A stretch of DNA of 32,000 nucleotides from Candidatus Thorarchaeota archaeon (GTDB taxonomy: Archaea > Asgardarchaeota > Heimdallarchaeia > Hodarchaeales > Hodarchaeaceae). The notes under the pieces were generated by a model. It worked only from the letters and a program-made list of their open reading frames with translations, did no database searches and had not been told where the DNA came from. The translations under genes were made by a program, and so were the position numbers. The stretch covers positions 32,533 to 64,532 of the forward strand of contig JBHLRO010000020.1 in NCBI GenBank assembly GCA_048882505.1, given 5' to 3'. Positions 18,303 through 27,366 of the stretch are shown in pieces (the first letter of the stretch is position 1; each line of letters opens with the position of its first letter).

Positions 18303-18935
18303 ATGAATACTACGATTATGCACAAGCCATCAATTACTGCAGTTAACAAGGAACTGTCGCCCGAACAACGTGAAGAATTGCTTACTGTATTGAAAGCCCG
18401 TTTTGAAGACAACATGAACCGCCATGAAGATCTTGAATGGGCTAAAATACACGCCAAATTGGAAACTAATACTGAAAAGCTGTGGTCACTCAATGAAATG
18501 GAAAGAACGGGCGGTGAACCAGATGTTGTTGGTCATGATAAAAAGACAGGTGAATACGTTTTTTATGATTGTTCAGCGGAAAGTCCAAACGGGCGCAGAT
18601 ACGTTTGTTACGATCGTGAAGGCCAGGAGGCGAGAAAAAAACGGAAAAACGCGAAAGGCGGGAAAGGCGGAAAAACTGGGGGGCCAGAAGGTAACGCGAT
18701 TGATATGGCCGCTGCTATGGGCATTGAGCTTTTAACGGAAGAACAATATCGAGAGCTGCAGAAACTTGGAAATTTTGATACAAAGACGTCGAGCTGGGTG
18801 AAAACACCTTCTGATATCAGAAAACTTGGCGGCGCCATCTTTGCTGATCGCCGTTACGATCATGTCTTCGTGTATCATAACAGTGCGCCCTCTTTCTATG
18901 GCGCTAGGGGATTCCGTGGCTCTCTAAGGGTCTAA
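18303..18935 (+). CDS. DUF4256 family protein
   Basis: Recognised motifs LWSLNEMERTGGEPDVVG, DCSAESP, AIDMAAAMGIELLTEEQYRELQ, KTSSW, GFRGSLRV. Exact start uncertain (18303 or a nearby downstream ATG). Confidence 0.9.
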   Translation: MNTTIMHKPSITAVNKELSPEQREELLTVLKARFEDNMNRHEDLEWAKIHAKLETNTEKLWSLNEMERTGGEPDVVGHDKKTGEYVFYDCSAESPNGRRYVCYDREGQEARKKRKNAKGGKGGKTGGPEGNAIDMAAAMGIELLTEEQYRELQKLGNFDTKTSSWVKTPSDIRKLGGAIFADRRYDHVFVYHNSAPSFYGARGFRGSLRV

Positions 18936-19099
18936 ATTTTTTGAAGGTCGTCAATTATCTTTCGCGACATTGAAGGTTGAAAAAGAAAATAACAATGTCC
19001 CAAGAAAAGGATTCGCGGGATTTTCCATGTTCATGTGTGATTATTCGTCTTTCGAATCTATTCGTGTCTATCTGGAAAAAAGAACCTTAGGCGTCAAAG

Positions 19100-20053
19100 C
19101 TACGGTACACCAAGCAAACCTACTGCATTTTTGTAGTAAATTTTTTCTAACGCCAATTTAGACAAATTTAATCCCTTTATTTGCGTCCACTCTGGGTTAT
19201 CTTTGTCCTTAAACGGCAGTGGCGCCTGATGAGATGTTTCCCAAAATACCCGTTGCGCCCAATACCGACTCCCCCAATAATACTGGCGGCGGTGTCGACT
19301 AAGAAGGAATTTCAGATTGAATTCGAAGGTTCCAAGATCAGAGCCAAATAACACACGATTATGGTATTTTTCAACCCATTCTTTAGACCTGATGACATCT
19401 TTTCCGAGTTCACGTATTATCCACCGAGTAGAGGCAGTATCTACAAACAATCGGGGGTGATGATCCAAGAGCTCACCTAATCTAGTAAGATTTTCAGGGG
19501 AACATCCTAAATGGGCAGAAATCACTGTAAGCTTAGGAAAATTGCCAAGTAGCGCAGAAAAATCTGAAAATCGATCTTCTTTCGATCCATATTTCTGTGT
19601 TTTTCCGTATCTTGTCATGTACGAAATGTCAGGATCTGCCACATGCACTAAAACAGTCATATCATAATCTGCGATTTGTGAATAAACCAAATCTAGTCGA
19701 GGATCGTTGATTCGAAATGGATCTTTATTCCTGGAAAATTTTTGAAAGAGGGGGCCAAAAAAGACCTTCAAAACGCGAATACCTCTGGTGTGAGCCTGAT
19801 CAATCTGGGTTAGTAGTTTATGGATCTGAAATTTTAAAAAATCATATGGACTGAGAGTTGCACAAAAAACAATATTCTCAGCCATACCTTTCGATTCTAA
19901 TTTGCCTTTTAGCTCTCCATCGCCTATTCCTAATATTTGTTCAATCCCAAATCTTTGAATATATTCCAAGAATTCCAAAAGATATCTGTGACCCCATAAA
20001 TGGACATGCGAATCAAAAATTTTGTACGTAGGCTTATCTTCAAGATGGATCAA
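19100..20053 (-). CDS. Amidohydrolase family protein (amidohydrolase_2-like TIM barrel), paralog A
   Basis: DSHVH, HVADPD, AHLGC and FGSDL metal-binding motifs; TTG start. Confidence 0.9.
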   Translation of the reverse strand: MIHLEDKPTYKIFDSHVHLWGHRYLLEFLEYIQRFGIEQILGIGDGELKGKLESKGMAENIVFCATLSPYDFLKFQIHKLLTQIDQAHTRGIRVLKVFFGPLFQKFSRNKDPFRINDPRLDLVYSQIADYDMTVLVHVADPDISYMTRYGKTQKYGSKEDRFSDFSALLGNFPKLTVISAHLGCSPENLTRLGELLDHHPRLFVDTASTRWIIRELGKDVIRSKEWVEKYHNRVLFGSDLGTFEFNLKFLLSRHRRQYYWGSRYWAQRVFWETSHQAPLPFKDKDNPEWTQIKGLNLSKLALEKIYYKNAVGLLGVP

Positions 20054-20219
20054 TGGATTAGTAACAGAGAAGATCTGCTCTACCGTCCTTCATATGTTTG
20101 AATCAATGAAATCATATTGCGAGATTTGTCTCCAAACAACTCTTAATAGATCCTTCGGGATACAAATATCATTGTATCCTGATAGAATTCTGAACGCGAA
20201 TAAGGGAAAAATGAGGCAA

Positions 20220-20390
20220 ATGACTCAAACCCGAGGTAATATAGTACAAGCTTTTCTCAAAATGAACCCAGAAGATACAGGAATGGCCACGGTTCATATC
20301 TTTCGTTTCGAAGGTGGCAAGATCATAGAACAATGGGGTACCCACCAAAGTCTTCCTGAGAATGTGGTTCATGAATACAGGGAGTTTTAA
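20220..20390 (+). pseudogene. Internally deleted remnant of a SnoaL/NTF2-like ester cyclase gene
   Basis: MTQTRGNIVQAFL joined directly to KMNPEDTGMATVHIFRFEGGKIIEQW, a typical SnoaL-like C-terminal motif; only 56 aa against about 110-120 for the fold. Confidence 0.6.
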
Positions 20391-20535
20391 TGTCTAAAGT
20401 CTTAGTTAATCGATCACTGGATTTCAGCTGGAGGTTTCCAACTTAGACTCCAAATCTAATTATCCGCAATCTTATGTCCAAAATCAACTTTGATTGTATA
20501 CTACAGGATTTTCCTCCTCGGGAAAAAGCAAGACA

Positions 20536-21042
20536 TTATGATAATAGCGTTTTCAACTGTCCATGAGGGCGTGGTTCATGCCAATAACTGAATATCCATT
20601 CTATTACTGCGGTTACACCGGGTTGATATTTATAATCATTCAAGTTTATATCTGTAACAAACTGGATTCGCTCATCAGCATCCATGAATAATACATGGGG
20701 AGGTGGCGGCGCTTGATAAGGCGGACTCGGCTCCGTTTGAGGTTTAACTCTAATTTCGTCAAGGTTTATGATTCTTAGATTAAATATGTCGGGAGAAGGA
20801 AAGATCGGTACTTCGACTGTAAATCTGTTTGTATTTTCTAACCAACCGATTAGGGTCAGATAAGATTTCCTTCGTTCAATTTGGTTATGAACTGTGAAAT
20901 TGAGGCCGTCTGGGGTGGGGGGGATTGAATGGTTACCCTCATTATCCCACCAAAATTCCCGGTTCATTTTCCAAATATTCCCATACTTGGTGTCTTTTCC
21001 AAAAATTTTAACAGTCATGAAAATGTATCCTTTTAAGGTCAT
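20536..21042 (-). CDS. Hypothetical protein with a Pro-rich segment
   Basis: 168-aa ORF filling the gap, with protein-like composition and PSPPYQAPPPPH; no family recognised. The start may be a downstream ATG. Confidence 0.65.
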   Translation of the reverse strand: MTLKGYIFMTVKIFGKDTKYGNIWKMNREFWWDNEGNHSIPPTPDGLNFTVHNQIERRKSYLTLIGWLENTNRFTVEVPIFPSPDIFNLRIINLDEIRVKPQTEPSPPYQAPPPPHVLFMDADERIQFVTDINLNDYKYQPGVTAVIEWIFSYWHEPRPHGQLKTLLS

Positions 21043-21108
21043 AAGAAGAAACAGAAGGGGGAAGAGGAAAAACAGTGATTTTTCGTGAATTCCATAATGA
21101 CGGGCCCC

Positions 21109-21825
21109 TTAGGGAGTCTTCTTTTCGGTTCTTGACTCGATAAGCCCAAAGATGATTACAACGAAGATCGAGAGTCCTAAATATAGAATGGCTGAGAACT
21201 CGGTGGAATCGTTAAATACAAACAAAGCGCTCTGAAAATTAAATAGAAAATGAAAGGGGATCAACAATAGATTCATGCTAGATACATATCTAACGACAGC
21301 AAAACTTAATCCTGTGAAGATCATTATTACGACGACGATGACTCCTGACCTAATATGAAAGATTCCAAATATCACACTTGACCCGATTAAAGCGACATAT
21401 TTTGACCAAGATTCAAGGATATGATATACAACTCCCCGGAAGTATAATTCTTCGGTGATGGCAACCAGAATATAAAAGACGAAATAGTATGTCATAGTAA
21501 AAGAAATCTCATTTATAACTTGTACCCCTTCTACAAGGTATTTAACAAGAAATACAACGATTAAGAGGGAAAAAACTGACAATACATGCAAGGAAAACCG
21601 TGATTTCTTGTAAGCTAGTCCCAGATCTTCTTGGTTTAAATTCAAATACCAAATTAAAATCAATGTGGCGATAAGCTGACCTGTGGTTAGAAAAAAACCG
21701 GTATATAGACTCTCAATACTTAATGCCGTGACTGTGACCAAAGCTATTATCATACATAAGACAGCGAGCGACAAAGTCAGGATCAGCTGATAATTTTGGG
21801 TCTTTAGATTTACCAGATATATCAA
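21109..21825 (-). CDS. CPBP family (Abi/CAAX-like) intramembrane metalloprotease
   Basis: EELYFRG, FGIFH and HFLFN motifs; multi-TM. Confidence 0.92.
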   Translation of the reverse strand: MIYLVNLKTQNYQLILTLSLAVLCMIIALVTVTALSIESLYTGFFLTTGQLIATLILIWYLNLNQEDLGLAYKKSRFSLHVLSVFSLLIVVFLVKYLVEGVQVINEISFTMTYYFVFYILVAITEELYFRGVVYHILESWSKYVALIGSSVIFGIFHIRSGVIVVVIMIFTGLSFAVVRYVSSMNLLLIPFHFLFNFQSALFVFNDSTEFSAILYLGLSIFVVIIFGLIESRTEKKTP

Positions 21826-22133
21826 TTCCTTAATTGGTGGACTTATAAGCCAGATGTCAGAAGTTTATAAACTATTCCGAGGTTTTATTTGAAATCGCAA
21901 GATCCATGGCTTTCATAGCTGCCGTTTTGTGATGAGGTTTACCATTGGAATGTTAAGCTGGAATTTTTGAAAATGGCAATTTTAGCTGATCAAACGCTAT
22001 TGGTATTCTAAAGCCACAAAAAGACTCTTTTCATTATTCACAAGATTCAGCGGGAAAAAGAGGGAAAAATCATCGAAATCCTATAAATCCAAATCCTGAA
22101 GTTACTGCTTCTATTACCCGCATCAACAACTAT

Positions 22134-22184
22134 AAATATTCCATACAGAATATTTTATACGGAATATTTCATTCAGAATAAGTG
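22134..22184. promoter_or_regulatory. Candidate PadR operator: AATATT-centred palindromic boxes with 14-bp periodicity
   Basis: AATATT at 22135, 22149 and 22163; direct repeats ATACAGAATATTTT / ATACGGAATATTTC / ATTCAGAATA; inverted repeat AAATATTCC (22134-22142) with GGAATATTT (22161-22169). Lies just upstream of the padR start. Confidence 0.6.
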
Positions 22185-22192
22185 ACCGAAAC

Positions 22193-22867
22193 ATGTCAAA
22201 AATAAATCACAGAGAAAAGGACTTGGATTATGCAATCTTAGGATTACTGAACCATGAAAATATGACTGGATATAACTTAAAGAAGTTTTTAGGCATTCAA
22301 TTAGGACTTTTTTGGGATGAACCGAGTTATGGAAAAGTCTATCGTGTACTCGGGCGATTAGAAAGCCAAGGACTGATTAAAGGAAGGCCAGTAGAAAGTG
22401 AAAAGAAAAAAAGAACGATTGTAACAATCTATGAGATTACAGAGCATGGACGGCGTAAATTGTCTGACTGGATACAAATCCCAATAGAGGAAGAGATTTC
22501 CCTTGATCATTACACAATCAGCGGGCCCAATGGAAGTAATATTAGTTTTGAGAGTGGAAACTTGTTAAAATATTTGTCTTATTTCTTATTAAAGTTCTAT
22601 TTCGGTGCAAGTTCAACGTGGAATACAAATCTACGGCAACTTGCCAATTTTGAGGAAAAAATTGTGGCCAGGATAAAACAGGTCCTCGAAGTCGTTGTTC
22701 ACCAGCTAGAACAATTATCAACCGATTCTCAGGGAAAAAACGAACACCTATACTATCTCTTGACAGCGGAATTTGGTTTACAAATGTGTAAGGCCTTTTC
22801 TGAATGGAAAATGTCTGCCCAACAGCATCTAGTAGATATACAAAAACGAGGTACTCAAAATGAATGA
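22193..22867 (+). CDS. PadR family transcriptional regulator with C-terminal helical dimerisation domain
   Basis: YAILGLL...MTGYNLKK...FW..SYGKVY..L..LE..GLI...YEITEHGRRKL..W winged-helix pattern. Confidence 0.93.
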   Translation: MSKINHREKDLDYAILGLLNHENMTGYNLKKFLGIQLGLFWDEPSYGKVYRVLGRLESQGLIKGRPVESEKKKRTIVTIYEITEHGRRKLSDWIQIPIEEEISLDHYTISGPNGSNISFESGNLLKYLSYFLLKFYFGASSTWNTNLRQLANFEEKIVARIKQVLEVVVHQLEQLSTDSQGKNEHLYYLLTAEFGLQMCKAFSEWKMSAQQHLVDIQKRGTQNE

Positions 22868-23249
22868 AAACCAGGCTTTTTTCAGTTTTTTGGATAATGA
22901 AAAATTCATCAGCTTGACCACGTACTATAAAAGCGGTCGAGGTGTTGCTACTCCTGTGGAGTTCGTAATACGAGATAGTAAATTGTTGGTAAATACTAGA
23001 AAGGACTCATATAAAGTTAAACGAATCAGAAATGAGAATAAGGCGGAAATCGCACCCTGTACCATGAGAGGGAAGGAAAAAGACCCGAAAAAATCAGTCT
23101 ATGTGAGGATTTTACCCGAAGGAGAAGATGAGGATGCAAAGATAGCCTTCGAAGAGAAATACTCAGGCTTCTTTTACAAATTGGTTAGCAAGCTCACCTT
23201 TTGGAGACAACAAGAAGAACGTGTTTACCTAGAGATTGTTCCAAGGTAG
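22860..23249 (+). CDS. PPOX-class (split-barrel) putative F420-dependent oxidoreductase
   Basis: ISLTTYYKSGRGVATPV and KVKRIRN...APCTMRG motifs; 8-bp overlap with padR indicates an operon. Confidence 0.88.
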   Translation: MNENQAFFSFLDNEKFISLTTYYKSGRGVATPVEFVIRDSKLLVNTRKDSYKVKRIRNENKAEIAPCTMRGKEKDPKKSVYVRILPEGEDEDAKIAFEEKYSGFFYKLVSKLTFWRQQEERVYLEIVPR

Positions 23250-23267
23250 TAAGGAAATCTGATCTCA

Positions 23268-24113
23268 GTGACCATGGATAAACCTGATTTTATAAATAAG
23301 TATGATATTGTCTTATTTTTCTTACTGGCCTATTCCATAACGTGGATAATCCTCGGACCGTTAGCCCTCAAGGGATTAGGCATAATATCCTTCGAGGTTC
23401 CGTTCTGGTTACATGATTTAGGCCCACTCGGCCCGACATTAGCAGCTATGGTGGTTTTAATATTGGTTTCTGATGAAAATGCATTGAACGATCTTTTTGA
23501 TCGGATTACAATGTGGCCAGGTGAGAAGGTATGGTGGTTGGTCGCATTTTCCCCAATTTTCATTTTTATTGGGTCTTTTCTGTTAATGTTGATGATAGGA
23601 TATCAAATGCCACCTGTTAATCACATACTGGACTCAGAACTTATAAAGGGCAACAATTACGTAATAACAATCATTTTTCCAGCTCTGATGTTTGGAATCT
23701 TTGAAGAAATCGGCTGGAGAGGCTATGCCCTCCCGAGGTTACAAGAGAAATTTAACGCCTTGACTTCCACACTAATCTTGGGAGTATTATGGGCAGGATG
23801 GCACATTCCTGCATTCTTTTATCGCTATTCCTTCTCAGATCCTTTTAAAATCTTTGGATTCTGGTTCGGTATTCTAATGGGAGCCGTGTTGTTAACGTTT
23901 CTTTATAACGGATCGAGAGGTAGTGTCCTGCTGCCTATGGTTTGGCATGTTTTATTTGACATTTTCAATATCCTGGGTCAATATTTCTTCGAGGAAGTCA
24001 ACTATGTCCAAAGCTTTGTTGTAATATCTTTTGCTGTCATAATCATATTCGTGTGGAAAGCGGAGGCTCTTTCTCCGAGAGGAAAGCATTCATTAGCTAT
24101 TTCGCATGGATAA
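23268..24113 (+). CDS. CPBP family (Abi/CAAX-like) intramembrane metalloprotease
   Basis: EEIGWRGYALPRL, WAGWH and WHVLFD motifs; multi-TM; 18 bp after the PPOX gene. Confidence 0.94.
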   Translation: MTMDKPDFINKYDIVLFFLLAYSITWIILGPLALKGLGIISFEVPFWLHDLGPLGPTLAAMVVLILVSDENALNDLFDRITMWPGEKVWWLVAFSPIFIFIGSFLLMLMIGYQMPPVNHILDSELIKGNNYVITIIFPALMFGIFEEIGWRGYALPRLQEKFNALTSTLILGVLWAGWHIPAFFYRYSFSDPFKIFGFWFGILMGAVLLTFLYNGSRGSVLLPMVWHVLFDIFNILGQYFFEEVNYVQSFVVISFAVIIIFVWKAEALSPRGKHSLAISHG

Positions 24114-24235
24114 GTCTCACAAAATGGCCTTCACGCAAGATTGGCATTTGACCTAAATTTTGAAAATCACGGAACTTTTTCTGAAACAGTCAAAGTAGAC
24201 TTTAATACAGTAGTTCGTCATTTCTTCATGCAAAT

Positions 24236-24469
24236 ATGGCTGACAATCATCATATTGATATCACAATCTCCAAAGTAGAGAATGAAGTGCCATTCAAACT
24301 GGAGATGAGTGAAACAAGTTGTTCATTAACTGCGGACCTGGGTAAACTGGAATTCGTATCTTTTACAGATGACCTACTTACCTTTAGTTTTGCAAATGGA
24401 CAAATATGCATCGATATGACACTTGAGGACATCAAACAGCATATTAGCGAAAAAACGAAAAAGGAATAA
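24236..24469 (+). CDS. Small acidic hypothetical protein
   Basis: 77-aa ORF 6 bp upstream of the next gene on the same strand. Confidence 0.6.
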   Translation: MADNHHIDITISKVENEVPFKLEMSETSCSLTADLGKLEFVSFTDDLLTFSFANGQICIDMTLEDIKQHISEKTKKE

Positions 24470-24475
24470 CAGAAA

Positions 24476-24862
24476 ATGGAATTGAATTGGAATCTTCTCT
24501 TTGTTCTGGCAATTATTGTACATGGAATTGGCCATTCTCTCGGGCTAATGCACACCACCAATCTGGTAACATTATCAGGGATGCCAACAAACGAATCGTG
24601 GTTATTAGCAGGACAACTCAAGTTGGATAAGATGGTTATCCAGTTAGTTTCTGTCCTGTGGTTTGTAGCTATCGCCGGGTTTTTGTTGGTAGCAGGAGCT
24701 TTTTGGTTTGATTTAAGTTTGTGGAAAGGTGCCGCTTTGGCAATGGTTGTTCTTTCGGTCATGTTGTTCGGGATCTGGTTTACTTCATTTCCTTTGAACA
24801 CACAAATCGGAGCGGCAATAGGGAATCTGGTAGTATTAGCAGGCCTTCTTATGACCAACTAG
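24476..24862 (+). CDS. Small 4-TM membrane protein
   Basis: HGIGH motif in TM1, four hydrophobic helices, SWLL motif in the loop. Confidence 0.8.
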   Translation: MELNWNLLFVLAIIVHGIGHSLGLMHTTNLVTLSGMPTNESWLLAGQLKLDKMVIQLVSVLWFVAIAGFLLVAGAFWFDLSLWKGAALAMVVLSVMLFGIWFTSFPLNTQIGAAIGNLVVLAGLLMTN

Positions 24863-25141
24863 TGAGATAAATAGGATAAACGGTGCAAAAAAAGGTGTGT
24901 GATAAACATGTAAGATCCTTAGCGGCCTATCTATTTTTAAATTTGAACAAAAATTCCTATCATTGAAATGCGAATTATCAAAAGAGAAAGAGAGACAGAA
25001 GAACGTCTGAGATCAGTTTTTTTGGAAGATGGCCTCCCTAATCCTTTAAAACTAATGAATCGTGATTCACGGTCAAGCTCCTCTTTCATTGAGAAAGCTG
25101 AGACCGAATCATGATGTGGATTCTTAAACATCAGAAGAATA

Positions 25142-26335
25142 GTGCGATTTATACCAAAAAAGGATGGCCAGATAGTGAAAAGGGAAAATTTAAGTAAAAT
25201 AGCGGTCATAGGAGCAGGCCACATGGGCCATGGCATTGCCGAAGTAGCTCTGCTCTCAGATTATATGGTTTCCCTTGTTGACATTAATGAAAGAATCCTT
25301 TCCGAAGGAAAATCGTTAATTGAATGGTCCCTTAAAAAATTTGTAACAAAAGCACAAATAACCGAAGAAAGGTATAACCAACTTATCAACAAGCTTGAAA
25401 CCATCATTGACATTAAAAAGGCTGCTGAAAATGCCATTCTTTGCATTGAAGCAGTACCGGAAAAGTTAGAACTAAAAAAAGAAATTTTTAGAACTTTGGA
25501 TCGCTTTTCTCCTAAACATGCAATTCTAGCATCAAATACATCGACATTAAGCATCACGGAACTTGGGAATGTCACTCAACGACCTGATAGGGTGGTGGGA
25601 TTACATTTTCCGCCCCCTCCGGTTCTGGCGAAAGTAATCGAGATCGTGAGAGGAAACGAAACCTCTGAAAGTACAATGGAATTTGCTATTAATTTCGCGA
25701 AGAAGACTAGAAAATCCTATATCATTTCCAAAGACAGTCCTGGGTTCATATGTAATCGTATCATGGCTCCTTCAGTACTCTTACTTCAATTAATACTTGA
25801 TAAAGGGGATTATTCCCCAGCAAAAATCGATGCAGCTGCTTTGAACTGGGGTATGATTATGGGACCATATGAGCTCCTTGATTATATTGGACTCGATGTT
25901 GTGTACGATAGTTCGAAATCCTTTGCAGAACACCTTTCCAGGGAATATGCTCCTACTCGAACTATATCGCAATTAGTGAGGGAAAGTAAACTGGGGAGAA
26001 AAACAGGTGAGGGAATCTATGAGTGGCGTCCAGGAGGTAAACGACCGATCATCGATCAGTCAGACCCCGCAGATTTTGATCTTATGGATTTGATACGTGT
26101 TCAGATTAATGAAGCGGTAAAAGTCTTGGAAGAAGAGATTGCTACGGTTCAAGATATCGACAAAGGGATGAAACTCCATTATCATAATCCATGGGGACCG
26201 TTTGAATTAGTAGAACAGATGGATTTGGGGGAATTAGCGGAATTCCTGGATAATTTGGCTGAAAAGTATGGAAAAAAGGTTTTTCGAGCTCATAGGTGGA
26301 TTCGCGATAAGACACTTCTTGAACGAACTAGATAG
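25142..26335 (+). CDS. 3-hydroxyacyl-CoA dehydrogenase (NAD-binding domain plus duplicated C-terminal domain)
   Basis: GAGHMGHGIA, EAVPEKLELKKEIF, ASNTST, PGFICNRI, MGPYELLDYIGLD; second C-terminal domain DIDKGM...PWGPFEL. Start is possibly GTG 25175. Confidence 0.95.
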   Translation: MRFIPKKDGQIVKRENLSKIAVIGAGHMGHGIAEVALLSDYMVSLVDINERILSEGKSLIEWSLKKFVTKAQITEERYNQLINKLETIIDIKKAAENAILCIEAVPEKLELKKEIFRTLDRFSPKHAILASNTSTLSITELGNVTQRPDRVVGLHFPPPPVLAKVIEIVRGNETSESTMEFAINFAKKTRKSYIISKDSPGFICNRIMAPSVLLLQLILDKGDYSPAKIDAAALNWGMIMGPYELLDYIGLDVVYDSSKSFAEHLSREYAPTRTISQLVRESKLGRKTGEGIYEWRPGGKRPIIDQSDPADFDLMDLIRVQINEAVKVLEEEIATVQDIDKGMKLHYHNPWGPFELVEQMDLGELAEFLDNLAEKYGKKVFRAHRWIRDKTLLERTR

Positions 26336-26508
26336 TGCTAGTTCGCTGATATTTGATGTAGGTACTTCGACTGTCACCAATTTGATATTGCTATTAAAAA
26401 CAACTGATCAATGGAAGATTCATCCTGTTCATCACGATTCTGAGTTAATTCGTTGTCTCAGAAAAAATTATCACGCGCTGAGTCCAGATTTCTGAACGTG
26501 AAGGTGAT

Positions 26509-27366
26509 TTATTCAAATTTATATTCATCCACACCGATAATCGGCCTATAACCAATTTTTTGGTACATTCTGTTTGAAACAGGATTCGATAAGTCAGTAA
26601 AAAGGAAACAATATTGTTTTCCCGCGTCCAAGACACTTTGACTGACCTTTGCTACTACTTCTGTTCCATATCCTTTGTTACGCTGATCAGGTGGTGTATA
26701 GACACCTCCAATTCTCCTTCCATTGGGAGTTTCTCCCCATTTACCTGCCATAGAGACGATTTTCTCTTTTATTCGTAAGACATAAATTAATTCGTGCTTT
26801 ATTGCGCCATTGATCCCTTTTTGTGCTTGGGAAACAGCCTGAGGGGATGCTTCCGAAGCGGCCTCTAACATAAAAGCACGGATCCACCGTAAGATGAGGT
26901 TAAGATCCTCAATGGTCGCAGGTTCTGCGGAATTCGAGCCAAATGTCTCTGGATTAACGGTATCTAAGCAATAAATTTGCTGATTCATTTTTAACGTCGC
27001 TGTTTTCTGGTTTTTAATTGCATATAATTGTACAAACTTCTCTACTCCCTTTGTGAATCCTAATACTCCAGGAATATCCATTTTATTCTCATTTAAGGTA
27101 TTTACAAGTAAAGAAATCGAATCCAAATCTTCAGTGTACGATATAATTTGATTATAGGGCGGAGTGCGAATTGAGACTAATTTCATTGTTTCTTCATCTG
27201 AAATTGAGAGCAAAACTGGCGTTTCCCCGTAATAAGTAATATTTTGCTTTAGTCTATTCAAGATACCAAAAATGAGATTGTTTTCCGCTTCATACTTGAT
27301 TAAAAATGGATAGCAGAGTTGGATAAATTCGCTGAGATTAGCATGAAATTTTACTTCTTGCCTCAA
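26509..27366 (-). CDS. GNAT family acetyltransferase with C-terminal FR47-like domain
   Basis: IGGVYTPPDQRNKGYG and FLFTDLSNPVSNRMYQKIGY motifs; TTG start. Confidence 0.93.
   Translation of the reverse strand: MRQEVKFHANLSEFIQLCYPFLIKYEAENNLIFGILNRLKQNITYYGETPVLLSISDEETMKLVSIRTPPYNQIISYTEDLDSISLLVNTLNENKMDIPGVLGFTKGVEKFVQLYAIKNQKTATLKMNQQIYCLDTVNPETFGSNSAEPATIEDLNLILRWIRAFMLEAASEASPQAVSQAQKGINGAIKHELIYVLRIKEKIVSMAGKWGETPNGRRIGGVYTPPDQRNKGYGTEVVAKVSQSVLDAGKQYCFLFTDLSNPVSNRMYQKIGYRPIIGVDEYKFE

Noticed and set aside
17920-18306. 128-aa ORF between the DinB and DUF4256 genes
   Set aside because: GTG start without an SD, no recognisable motifs and a heterogeneous composition. It may be a decayed gene, but I cannot support it.
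20690-20735. PPxY (WW-domain ligand) motif in the Pro-rich orphan protein
   Set aside because: The sequence is SPPY, which does not fit P-P-x-Y spacing.
24937-25236. 99-aa minus-strand ORF
   Set aside because: It overlaps the 5' end of the dehydrogenase gene in antisense and has no motifs.
20807-26374. Exact 14-bp repeat GGTACTTCGACTGT at 20807-20820 and 26361-26374, considered as att sites or a target duplication
   Set aside because: A few 14-mer matches are expected by chance in 32 kb; one copy is inside a CDS and there is no recombinase nearby.
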